Origin: Chara braunii
Taxonomy: Eukaryota; Plantae; Charophyceae
Length of the DNA: 64,000 nt
Reading direction: 5' to 3'
Assembly (NCBI GenBank): GCA_003427395.1
Contig: BFEA01000035.1
Coordinates: 850,453 to 914,452 of the forward strand
Below, piece after piece: positions 24,609 through 36,072 of the stretch. The position numbers and the translations under genes are program-made. Every line of letters begins with the position of its first letter. Position 1 is the stretch's first letter. The notes under the pieces are model-generated. The model had not been told where the DNA came from. It worked only from the letters and a program-made list of their open reading frames with translations, and made no database searches.

Positions 24609-26837
24609 TCAAGTCACCCGCGCGGCCGATTTCAGCCGTACGATCTGGTAGATCGCACGGTCGAAATTGACCGCCTCGCATCAAGGAGCTGGGCCGCTCC
24701 TATCAAAAGGAGCTTGCCCAGTCATATCCACAAGGTGACAGTCTAGCAGCGATACCTAATAGGTTAGCTCCTTCTCACATAAGGAGAGGAGCGACCCTTC
24801 TATATGAAGGGCTTCGGCGCCCAGCAGGCCCCCCCCTCCAGCGCTTAGCAGTTTATGCCTGCTAAGCCCGCTTGTTACAGCGGCTGGCTGGCTGGGTTGG
24901 CGGCCGACGGCCTTATCAGCCGCACTACTCAGCCGGCCCTCACGCCGTCACCCCCGGTCCTCGGCGCAAAAAGCCCCGCGGACCCTAAAACTAACTATCC
25001 CTTCACGCAGCGGTCCAAACCTCGTCGCTGCGACTCCTTTTTATCCCGCTTAGGCCCTGAATCGCGCGGCTGTTACCTTATTATAGGTAGATTAGGTTTA
25101 ATTTTAACATTCCCATCTCCGCGCGTCCCTACAGCGTACGACAAGGACGAAGCCTAGCCATTCACATCCGCTTCTTCTGGACGTCACACGCGTCCAAACC
25201 AGAATCCGAAAACCTTTAATCTTCCAGTCATAGGTCAAGTCATAATAACTTTGGCAATGTCAGTCTCATCAAGTCGCTCAACGAAAAAAGTCCGACAGTG
25301 TCTGACCTTGAAAAACTCGGGCAGAAACACTCACAGTGGTTTTTGTCCCGACACCGGAAGTGACAGAATGAATCCTAGACAAACTATTCTTTCGAAATAA
25401 AGTCCTACAACCCAAAGTTGAATGACTGGCTTTCAAACCAGACACACCAATCTCCAACCTCCCCTTCGATCCTATTAACTGGACCTGGTCTACCCCAACA
25501 GGAAACGGGAGGTCATACCCTATTTGTTAAATTCACCTATAGAATGCTAAGCCAAAGGACCAACCTCAGGGATCAGGTGGAGGACAGATGGATGAGACAT
25601 TTAAATGTTAGCGAGGCGACACTGCAACCAATCAGATGGTTCCAAACGATACGAGCTAAACCAACCAAAGTGGCCTCCCTGCAATGACAGATAGACCATC
25701 GTTGCCTCCCAACTAACGAATGGATCATAGACAGATCCTCACTCGAAGAGAAAGGACTAGCCCTTCCCAGGTGCAGATTCTGTTCCACGGCTTCCCAGCC
25801 AGAGACACCCTGGAGACAAGTGACGACATCTTTCTACAATGCCCCAGAGCGGTCTGGCTATGGAGGTGCTGGGACAGAATATGGAGTCAACTTGGCACTT
25901 GCTGTCCATGGCCTAGGGACCGGAGAGCCCTCCTCTACGAAGCATGGCACAGGCCCAGTTAGACACCTTCTCACAAAATCTGTTCAAAACAGGACACCGA
26001 GCACTTCTATGGGCCCTGTGCTGGAGACAGTGTACTCACGACATGGAAAATGTCAGGCTGGATGGACCAGAATTCACAGACACTATCAAGCAACAGGTAC
26101 AAGCCCACATCACCTTGCAGTGGCAACTAGTGAAAACCCCGATCTCCACACTCCACTCCACAAAAGAAGTGATACAGAATATCCAACGATTCAATGGTAA
26201 CTGGCTTGGGGGCGCAAATGGGGGGAAGCTGGGGACAGTGAAATGGAGTCCACCACAAGGCGGAGAACAGGGGAAGGATGGCAGGAAACACCAGCTCTGC
26301 TTTCACGAATGGACCACACTGGACCCAGCGATCCCACTTCGGCCGCCATCGGACTTCCCAGACCCATTCCTGCCATCATCGATGAGCCTGGTAGAGCAGA
26401 ACTTTTTTGGATTATTAGAAATATGTGGGGAAAGTTTGAAGATGCAGGGCTACGGTCGGCAAGTGGGCAGTTTCTTAAAAAAGCAGAGACAGGGTGCAGC
26501 CGGGGATTCTAGAAAATCAGACAAGGAAAGGTACATCATAGGGTTTAGGGGTTTGGGTACAACTAAGAACGCTGGGGACGAGAGGGTAGGGCTTAAGGCT
26601 TCGGAGACCGAACAACGCAGAGGTCACATGGTAAAGGGTCACAGCTTGGAGACAGACAAAGAGGCAAATGACACAGCACCAGAGCAGATGGATGTCATTT
26701 GGCGTCCTGATTAAGGGTGAAGAGTCTTAGCGAACATCTGCAAGGTACTCCAGAAGCTGAAGTAGCTTAAGCACCCACTCACTTCTCACCTGCTCAGTCG
26801 ATCCCCTGGGTGCAGGGTAATCAATGCTGACAGGAAT

Positions 26838-28140
26838 CTTTTTTTTTTTTTTTTTTTTTTTTTGGGGGGGGGGGAGAGGAGCGTGGGGGAGAGGGAAAGC
26901 TACTCGTGTGGGTGCTAGGGGCACTGGTATGAGCGGACGCCTCTAATCCTTCCTTTCGGACAGAGCCCTCACAGTCACTCTGCACCGTACCGCTGAAGAT
27001 CCACACCATTGAAAACCATGAGGTGGGAAGAGGTGCGGGGACTCTGAGGGGGGTCGTAACGGAATCGTTGTGTCCACTTTGGTCCAATCCTTCAAGCAGA
27101 TAGTATAGTCTCGTTTCAAGCCCTCTTCCCCACCTTCCCGGATTCTGCCGCCCGCCCAGCCGCGAACGTGAGCCATCTGACCTCCCTGTTCATTCCCCAA
27201 CCAGTCCCTGGAGAGTTGCTTGATGGCCAGTGTTATATCCTTTTCAGTGTGAAAAAAAATAGGTCCGAATTAGATCTCACTGCCTGCCATTGTATGGTAA
27301 GTTCTTCCTGAATACATTGCTTGATTAGATCAGACATTTCCACTCCCTCCAGTCTTACTTTTTCAATGGTTAACATCCATCTTTTCCTCCAGAGGGCCCA
27401 GATAATTGCTCTCCTCCCCACCTTAAACGTGTTCTCTTCAAAAGTGCTATTCGTGGGGGAGAGCCACGATTCACACAAGAGCACTCTCTCCAGTCCCATG
27501 ACCACTCAGACTCCGTGCCAAGCAACCCCCATATTCTATCCCACCAACGCCAAGTAAGAATCGCCCCCGGGCATTGCGGGCAGGGAAGGCAGTCAGACAG
27601 GACGTGCACTGCGGCGTTGCCAATCCCTTTTGTTCCATGTATGTTCAATCCATCATCCAGTTGTTCGTAGGGAGGCAATGGTGCTCTATCTGCCATTGCA
27701 AGGAGGCCATCTTTGCCGGTCTGGCTCTTGTGGCGGTGAACCATCCGATGGGGCGAACCCTGTCCCTCCCTACATTCAGGTGGGACATTCTCTCTCCCTC
27801 ACAACACTCTTAAGATAAACTCGGGGCCTGAGAAGCTGGTATGTGGCTTTCACAGACAGGGCAAACAATTTCTTACCTGCTCCCGGCCTCGTCCTGCCTG
27901 ATGGGTGCCATCATTGCCATTCTGCCAGGTCAAAGGGGAGCTTGGCGAGTGCGGTTTCGGGGAGGAAGGCTACCCCTTCTTCTTGTTCTCCGACTACCCT
28001 GATTCTGTACGTGCCCACCTTCTACCACTGTCTCCTCTCGTTTTGTGGATACCTTGTAAGCCGATTATCCATTTCCCGATGGAAGAGGGTCACCCACACA
28101 TTCCCCACATCCCCCACGCCCACTTCTACCACCCTACAGG
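26838..28140 (-). mobile_element. 3' fragment of a related LINE with poly(A) tail
   Basis: Reverse-complement homologue of 25420-26350 (IEHHCLPTNNW and FKVGRRAIIWALW versus FKTGHRALLWALCW). T-run at 26838-26863. Confidence 0.8.
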
Positions 28141-28141
28141 A

Positions 28142-28172
<31 letters not shown>

Positions 28173-28690
28173 TCCTCTCTCCGAACAAATGCTCCAGTCT
28201 ATTCGTGGGGAGCAGCACGTGCTGGGAACCGGGACCAGCGTCCCATATCGAATTATACAGATCATTGAGAACATTTGAGGTCTTTTGAGGTCATTTGAGA
28301 TACCGGGGCCATTACCCGGCTTCGGCTGAGAACAAACTGTGAAACAGAGGTCCTACGAAATCTATGTTCCCAGACTCTCATATGTGCATGGGACGCTGGA
28401 CCAGTTTTCCAGCAGGTGTTGCTCCCCACCAATAGACTGCCAGTGGTGCAACCGGTCAGTCCGCTAGGAGGGGATGCACCTCTCCTAGTGGGAGTGACCA
28501 GTTTGAAAAAGAAAAAGAAAAAAGAAGGAATTCTTAAATGCAACCTGCTTTCCTGGAGTGACTAGACATTTGCTCTGTTTAAATCACTCGAAGTTCCTAG
28601 AACGGTTCCCACCTCCGATCATGCATCCGAGTCGGGCTGGCAGCTCCTGGCAGTTGTGCACCCATGCTGATTTACCTTCTTGTGGCAACT

Positions 28691-29483
28691 ACATCGAAGG
28701 ATCAAAAAGCAACTTTGCTGCGAACGCTTGGCGTCGACGAGCCAGTTATCCCTGTGGTAACTTTTCAGACACCACTAGCTTCGAGTCCCGACATGCTTAA
28801 ATCGCGAGTACACCACCCAGGCAAACTTGAGAATGAAAAATGAGTCATTCCGAAAAGGTTCGATGAACGGTGCACCAGAACAGAATGGCTGGCGGCGCCA
28901 GCCAAATGAAAAAATAAGCGTCGAGCTGGTGCTTCGGCCAAGCTTGGCACGCAGGGGGAATCCGCCTCGGCAAAAAGAAGCTTGTATGTACTGGTGTAAG
29001 GACTGATAGGGCATGCTCTCACAGTTTGTATCCTTCCTTACTGGAAATGAAAATCAAATGAGCTTTTGCCTTTTTGCTCCACAGGAGATTTCTGTTTGCG
29101 TTGAGCTCAGCTTACTAGGACACACAAGAAAAAAGGCAGCTTAGGGCACCTTTCTTATCGTCTAACGGATGTTCACCCTAGCCCAACTCCCCACCTGATA
29201 ATGTCTTTAACTTGGATTGGACAGGCCATGCGGGCCTGCACCTTGGATTGAGAAGCAGGGGCAAAGCCCCAGCTCCGCCTCACGAAATGAAGTCATGTCA
29301 GAAGTAGTGGTATACTATTTCACTTGCGCTGTAAAAAAGCTCCGACTTATTCTACACCTCTCAAATCATTTCACAGAGTCGAACTAGAGTCAAGCTCAAC
29401 GAAGGGGTCTTTCCTGGCCAGTTTTTTTTCCCAAGCCTGTATGTCCTCTTGGCTGTGATTTCGCCGGATGGTAGATAGGGACC
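28691..29483 (-). pseudogene. Degenerate nuclear 25S/28S rDNA fragment, interrupted
   Basis: Reverse complements of conserved LSU segments in the correct order (acatcgaaggatcaaaaagc, gccagttatccctgtggtaactttt, aactccccacctga, ctagagtcaagctcaac, gtagatagggac), with many indels. Confidence 0.92.
28809..28998. mobile_element. About 190-bp MITE-like insertion in the rDNA fragment
   Basis: TA-CACCA...TGGTG-TA ends; internal sequence recurs at about 31970-32055 (cagaat.gct.gcggcgccagcca...aagcttggc). Confidence 0.6.
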
Positions 29484-30473
29484 ATGAAATGCAGACCCGG
29501 GTCCGATTCCGGGATGGAAATAGATGAATGAACTTCATTTCATGAATAATCTGGGGCCAGTCAAAAATTTTGGCGGTGATATCCCAAGGCGGCCACTATT
29601 TTCTTTTTCCTAAAGGACAAAAACAAAAGAGACGAAAACGAAAAAGAAATCCGCCGCTTGGATGGAGTGGCGGTATTAATCCACGCCCCCTTTGCCTCGA
29701 GGGATGCGGTCCTTAGCTTGAGGGGTTCTCTCTGCCTGAGTTTCGATCCGAGGGATGCGTTCCTTGGCTTGAGGGATTCTCTGTGCCTGTGTTTCCATCC
29801 ATAGGAATGTTTTTAATTTGGCAGTACATGTGTTAGGGGTGTGTTTGCTCACCCCTTCTTCCAAGTGCGTGGGCATTGGGAACTCTGCTTTGCGTACGCC
29901 GTACGGACCATGCGACTGTGATTGCCCGCTGCAAGTAATCATCCTTTGCGCGACTTGATCTATGGGCCTCACTTCCCTACACAATGTTTGAAACGTATCG
30001 GGAACTGGTAGTAGTTCTAATACATTCAAATTTCAAACCTTTGCACTACTTGGTCTATGGGCCTCGCTTTCCTACACAACGTTCGAAATGTATCGGGAAC
30101 TGATACTAGTCCTAATACATTCAAATGTTCAATCAATCTGAAATGTATCGAATCGATATCTCCATCCAGGTACCTGTTGAATGTTGAGTAGTGGAGCAAG
30201 CCCCCCCCTGTATCATGAGTCTTGAGTCTTTTGAAAATAACCACCTCCAGTGCAGCAAGGGCATAAGTTAGCACTCCAGTGTACTCATCATTCCTACTGC
30301 TTCAGCCAAATATAGCTGTTTTTGGGCGCAACTTTGAGTCTAGATGAAGCATAATGACCGGGTACTCTATTCAGGTGAAGACGGTACACACCCATTGAGG
30401 AGCTTTCCAAAGTACTTTGCATTTCCCTGGCTGGTCTTTTCTTTGAGGTCCGGGTACCTTCGGGCTACTACCT

Positions 30474-30708
30474 TAGGGCTGACTGTCTGGCAGGGGTAGA
30501 ACGGGCCCTTCCCCATTTCAGTGGTAGAACGGTAGTTTAATGGCAGGCAGTTCTATCTGGTTGCAGGTCACGGCAAAAATCAAATGGGCCCCTCAACGCT
30601 GCTATATATATATATATATATCGTCACAAACAGAACTGCCCGGTAAACCGTAGGCAGAGAGAGAGAAGAGGACAACAAACGAGGGGCTGTGACAAACTGT
30701 TTCGTCGG

Positions 30709-30766
<58 letters not shown>

Positions 30767-31343
30767 GGGATGTGGAGAATGTTGCGTAGCACAACCCCAT
30801 TTTGTTGTTTTACTGTTTTTGCATTTTAGAAAAGCAAAAGGCAAAAAAAGATTGATCGTAGGGGAAGAATCCCTTCCAATGCAAATGCTAAACGAGGCCG
30901 TAAAGCCCTCCCCCCCCAAGAGAACAAAAAAAAAAAAAAAAGAAAAAGAAAAAGGGGGGTGTGCAGAACGTTGCATAGCACATCCCTATATTTTTTGTTT
31001 TATTTATTGAGCCTGTCTTTGTATTTTCGAAAATAAAAAACGAAAAAGCGATAAGTAGTAAGGGCGGCATCACTTCCTATGCAACAACAAAAATATGGGG
31101 GTCTGCCGGACATTCTTTTTTTTTTTCGTGGATCTCAGACATTGTAAAGCAAACCCTCAGTGTGCCATCAGAGAGGTGAGTAAGGCATGTTTTCATAAAC
31201 ACAAACGGTCCCCAAATCACTTCACTACAGGGACCCACTCTACCTATACGGGATTAACCCATCTGTCCGTCCGTAGCTCAAGATCTGCATTCAAAGCGTG
31301 CCACCAACAACTGAGGCCTAGGTTCAAGCCCTAGGTCCAACAA

Positions 31344-31408
<65 letters not shown>

Positions 31409-31788
31409 TGTGTGCGTGTGTGTGTGCATGCATGACGAGTTGGGGACCTACAGACAACGCTCAACCTCTGTAAGTGCATGCATAACGAGGTTGAGCGTTG
31501 TCTGTAGGTGCATGGGGGCGGTTTTCGTGGATGTAACATATTTTGTAGGGGGGGGTAAGGGGGTGATAAGGGTCTTTTTTTTTCGTTTCACATTTTGAGG
31601 GGCCCGTTGTGGAGCAACTGCGCCTGGTATCCTTGCCCCCACAGGCCTAGCCAGTTCTACCAGAACCCGTCGGCAGACACCGTTCAATGGTAGAACCGGG
31701 GGGGGGGGGGGGAGGGAGCGGGGGTAAAAACCACCATTCAGCGACAGTTCGACACCATTCTACCTGTTCTGCCAGACACTCAGCCTTT
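30474..31788. mobile_element. Probable non-autonomous TIR element
   Basis: ggctgactgtctggcag versus ctgccagacactcagcc (16/17 inverted match), subterminal ggtagaac repeats. No TSD found. Confidence 0.5.
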
Positions 31789-32682
31789 GGGCAAAGTCAT
31801 AAGCTTAGTAATCCGGAGCCGGCCAAAGTGCAGTTGCTGGCATAAACAGGTGGTCCCCAGAGGATTGGGTGCCTGCCATGTAAGAGGTCGCAGTCCGGAC
31901 ATGCACCTTTAGAACAGGCATCACTCGTGCTGGGATGTACCCACTTCCAAAAGATTCAGAGTCTCGGGGGCTACTGGAGCAGAATAGCTAGCGGCGCCAG
32001 CCAGAAAAGAGAAAAAGTGGCCCCCTGGCAGTTCGGCAAAGCTTGGCGCACAGTGCGTGAGTCCGGGGGGGGGGGCTTGGGTGGACCGTTGTTGGTTGAA
32101 AACCTCACGCCTGGAATTACAGGCCAAGGGTCTTGCTGCACCACTTGCGAAATGTGATAAAAATGGCGAGAGCATCTTTTTCCATTCAAATTAGAAAAAG
32201 AGACTCCGCTCGCCTCTTTCGGCAATTTGTCAGAACTGTTCAGCAAGGCCCTAAGACAAGTCCCATCTTCCCCATTCGCTCGGTACAAACGATTACATTC
32301 ATCTGACTGAATTAGCCCCAAATGATTTCTTCCTTGGGAATAAAATTTTCTATTTCCTCCACACAAGAAAGAAACATCTTCTCAAATTTCCAAGGAAGAT
32401 TCCGTGTAACATTCGAGTTTGCCGAGTGGAAAAAATGGAGAGCCAAAACAAAAGGCGGGGGGGGGGGGGGGGAGACAACTTCAGAACACTGAATATGCTA
32501 ATTTTGGGAGTATTGAATGGCAAATGGCAGATTTTTTGAAATTTCAAGAAAAGTGAGATGGTGTGGGATGAAATTTTGGGAACGACTAGTGCGTTTCTCC
32601 TCAATGTGAGGGAAAGAGGCATGATGTTAATGCAATTGGATGTTATTGATGTGCATGTTAAATTGTTAATGCAATTTCACAG

Positions 32683-32889
32683 TCACCCCGTGACGATGAT
32701 CAGGATGACGAAGATGAAGAGGGGGATAGCAAGACCCAATTCAGAAGTCGAAATGTTGCTGCACTTGTGAAAGAGAATGTACCATCTGAAAGAAAAAGAA
32801 AAAGAAAAAGAAAAAGAAAAAGAAAAAGAAAGAAAAATGAAGAGCAGCATAAAAAAAAATGTACTATCTATTTGCTTAGCAAATTCTAG
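32683..32889 (+). CDS. Candidate terminal exon (acidic patch plus RK-repeat NLS-like tract)
   Basis: tttcacag| phase 0, SPRDDDQDDEDEEGDSKTQFRS...ERKRKRKRKRKRKRKKNEEQHKKKCTIYLLSKF*. Confidence 0.4.
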   Translation, partial: SPRDDDQDDEDEEGDSKTQFRSRNVAALVKENVPSERKRKRKRKRKRKRKKNEEQHKKKCTIYLLSKF

Positions 32890-33376
32890 TTAGCTCACTG
32901 CCAAGTCAGTGGAGATTTCATACTTGGAAATCCTCTCGTATCTTTGAAAAGAGTCCATCACAACTAACTACTTACTACATTGGAAATGATGCTTCACTCT
33001 TCATAGTCTCATAGATTTGATGATTGATGAAAAAAGAAAGGTGTGAGTCAATCCAGAAGATTTTACCAGAACTTCTGCTGCTTAAAAATTGGAAATGATG
33101 CTAAAATAATAATAATAATAATAATAAAATAATAATTAAAAAATTGGAAACTATGCTTCACTTCTCAAGGCCTGCTTCCAAATTGGGAAAACAATGCTTC
33201 GTTTCCCAAAGACCACTCCAAAATTGGAAATGACGCTTCACTTCTCGCAGACAATGCACTACGTTCTAGCCACTCGGAGGAGATTTCCTATTTGAGAAAA
33301 CAAAGATGATGTTTAGTAATTCTTAAAGACCACAGACTATGATGTTTTTTTTTTTTTACAACACCCCCTGCAGTGC

Positions 33377-33485
33377 TACAGTCTTCCCCCGAATACAACG
33401 TACGGTCATTATAGCTGTATCTAGACTGAAAGATGCCTCAAATACAGCTATAATGACCGTGTGTTGTATTTGGGGGAAGACTGTA
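33377..33485. mobile_element. 109-bp fold-back MITE with TA ends (Tc1/mariner-type), family B
   Basis: TAcagtcttccccc.aatacaac...gttgtatttgggggaagactgTA. Other copies at 53481-53589, about 30305-30387, 50850-50929 and 55014-55125. Confidence 0.85.
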
Positions 33486-34058
33486 CTGCTGCTGGTAGAA
33501 GCAGGCAGCACTAACACCCAGGAGAGGCTCCATCTATTGGTGGGGAGCATCACCTGCTGGAAATCGGGTCCAGCGTCCCTTTTTTTTTTTTTTTTTTTCC
33601 TTTCTAGAACGAATCAGGAAAATGTCGGGAAATATAACCGAGTAAAACACCTGCCAGCATTGATTACTCTGTCGTCCAGAGGATTGACTGTGCAGGTTGT
33701 TGGGAAAAGGGAAAAAAACTCTTCGCCCGGTACCAGGCGCCAGATACCTGCTGCTGAGAAACTAATTCCTCCCTCTCCCAAAAAACTCTTCCACCTAATC
33801 CCCCACTATCAATCCCTCTGTTCCACTCGATATCGGCTGGCAGCTTTGTGCGGACACATTAGATCCTCTGCCACCCTGCCCCCGTAAAATTATGCTTGCT
33901 TTTCTGTCCACTCATAGTCCTGCCACCTTCATCCGCTGCCTGTTTGTCGTTTGGTTATCATCTGCTTATGCTGCACACTAAGATGATGCATTACGTTCTA
34001 CTAACTGCTCAGTGGAGATTTCATCTTCCCTCATCACAACGTGTAGAAACATTTGCAG

Positions 34059-34105
34059 CTGGGTAGCACCCCGTACGCGACTGGACAGGGGTTGTCCGAC
34101 CTAGC

Positions 34106-34166
<61 letters not shown>

Positions 34167-34209
34167 NNANNAAAAAAAAAAAAAAAAAAAATTTTTTTTT
34201 TAAAAAAAA

Positions 34210-34243
<34 letters not shown>

Positions 34244-34478
34244 TCTCAGAAAAATCTGAAAAAAAATATATGTTATGTAACATAACAATACAAGAAACTT
34301 TTGCGTTGGAGTCATGTTCAAATTCGCAGTCAATCATGAGTTAAAAATCGAAAACCGAAAAAAAAAATATTTTTTTTTTACGAAAAAAAAAACTTTTTTT
34401 CCCGGACGACGGGGTTACCGAACGTATGGGGGAGACGTCCGGGGGAGACGACCGGCCCCCGGACCATTGGTAACCTAG
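34059..34478. mobile_element. A/T-rich interspersed repeat (MITE- or Helitron-like); relatives at about 44175-44350 and 61907-62070
   Basis: Shared aaaatc.gaaaaaaaa.tatgttatg...cttttgc core with the 44175 copy. GC hairpin followed by tggta..cctag terminus. Confidence 0.45.
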
Positions 34479-35039
34479 CTTTAAAATAGTCTTTTATAAA
34501 ATTTTAATTATTATGGTAGTATTATTTTTTTTCTTCAGTTTTTTATTTTTACTCAAGTTTGGTTGGGAATTTGAGGATTAGGCGTATGATGTTCACGTAC
34601 CTTACACTCGACTTGGCTTGCAGCTGCAGCAAGTCTCGTTTGTCCTACCTTTATTTGCAAGGCATTTTGACGCTCACCTATTTCATGTTTCGAAGTTTTC
34701 GATTCATTTGGTTTGCGATGGTTTTAGGGTGAACTCATGGGGTTGGGATGATATGAGAGACCTGGTGAAGAGCAAACTAGAGTTGTATCCATTGGGTGCG
34801 TGGTGGGAAACCCGTCTAGGCAACAAAGGCTCTTTACAGCATTTTGAGATGTGAGGTTGAGAGGGTGAGTTGTTCGTATCATGATTCTGCATAACATATT
34901 ATTTATTTGTTACAAAATTAAAAATTTTGTTTTCATTTTTTCCACTTCTTCCTTGGTTTTTTTTTTTTTTCAATTTTATTTGTTTCTTAACTTTTTTTGT
35001 GTTTCCGATTTTTTACTTGGAGTTTGGTACAAAATTTTG

Positions 35040-35960
35040 TGCCGAGTCTCGGACACTATTTCCTTACTGTACTAAATGGAGATAAAAGGAATATAAGAAA
35101 TTGGAGGCCTATCTCCCTATTGAACACATCCTATAAATTTACTGGCAAAAACATTGGCCAACAGACTGAAAAGATATCTTCCATCTTTTTTGATAGGCGA
35201 GGAACAAGCTGTTTTTTTTTGTTCAAGGAAGAAATATCCTGAATAACATCATGTTGACGATAGAAGCACTAGAGATACTGAAGGATGACCAACCGGAAGC
35301 GGTTGCCCTGTTGCTAGATCTGGAGAAAGCGTATGATCGGGTAAATTGGGATTTTGTTTTAGACACGCTACGCTTAGAGGGCTTTGGGGATAAGTTTCAA
35401 TAAAATGAGGGTTTTATTTCTTTTATTTATTAGTATTAAAATAAAAACTTTTTTCTGCAGATGGGTACAAGCGTTATACATCAAGGGCCTAGGGAGGGTA
35501 ATGATAAATGGGGAGATCTCTGAGATCTTCCCTCTCCCTAGGTCCCTGAGGCAGGGTGTCCCCTGACTCCTACCTATGTTGTTTATCCTTCACATGGAGG
35601 TGCTTTTATCCATGATCAGTCAGATGCAACCTAGACATCCAACTTGGGCAAGGTAGGCAATGCAAAGCCTCAGCCATGGTCGATGACTTGTTTGCTCTCT
35701 CCTTCAATTCTCAATCCGCACTAACTGCTCTCAAAAAATGCCTCGATATATATTCCAAACTTCCAAAGTTTCAGAGGCTATTGTGAGCTGGCCGAAATCA
35801 GTGGTCATTGTAAGACAAGGTACTAACTTGGCACTAGACTAGACTCTTAAATGTCTTCCCGCAGAAGATTGTGAGCGTTTTTTGAGTGTGCAGGTGGGTC
35901 TACTGGATGCCAACAAGAAACATACAGAGCTTTGGTTGAAAGGAGGATGGCCGCCTGACC
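35040..35960 (+). mobile_element. Decayed LINE RT fragment
   Basis: NWRPISLLNTSYK, LDLEKAYDRVNWDFV, RSLRQGVP and VDD motifs across frameshifts. Confidence 0.88.
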
Positions 35961-35996
35961 TGGGCCTTTGATATGATAGATATCATATCATATATG

Positions 35997-36072
35997 TGTC
36001 CATTACGGGATTTGAACCCGTGTCTTTTTCGCCATGAAAAAGCAATGTCCTATACCCCTAGATGAAAGGGAC
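35997..36072 (-). tRNA. trnE: Mitochondrial-type tRNA-Glu(UUC), probably a NUMT pseudogene
   Basis: GTCCCTTTCATCTAGGGGTATAGGACATTGCTTT-TTC-ATGGCGAAAAAGACACGGGTTCAAATCCCGTAATGGACA folds as a cloverleaf with mismatches and resembles plant mitochondrial trnE. Confidence 0.8.

Larger units (their letters stand above)
20440..25409 (-). mobile_element. 4.97-kb non-coding insertion, probably a giant solo LTR
   Basis: Flanked by ACCCA (20435-20439 and 25410-25414). Removing it restores the LINE frame NYKNPKLNDWL. Minus strand starts TGTAGGAC; the other end reads CT rather than CA. Contains TATAAAAG and AATAAA on the minus strand. Confidence 0.7.
16456..26385 (+). mobile_element. Decayed L1/Tx1-like LINE ORF2 split by at least three insertions
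   Basis: Endonuclease end (SRIDLIL, DH), RT motifs KTPGIDGLPKEFW, NYCPITLL..YK, IDFEKTYDHVDW, LLGRVLVINN, and zf-RVT (CRFCS...IFLQCPRA). Many stops and frameshifts. Insertions at about 17717-18111, 18360-19430 and 20440-25409. Confidence 0.88.

Noticed and set aside
29470-29490. 28S fragment ends near the arthropod R1 insertion site
   Set aside because: The boundary is blurred by decay and no R-element sequence adjoins it; probably coincidence.
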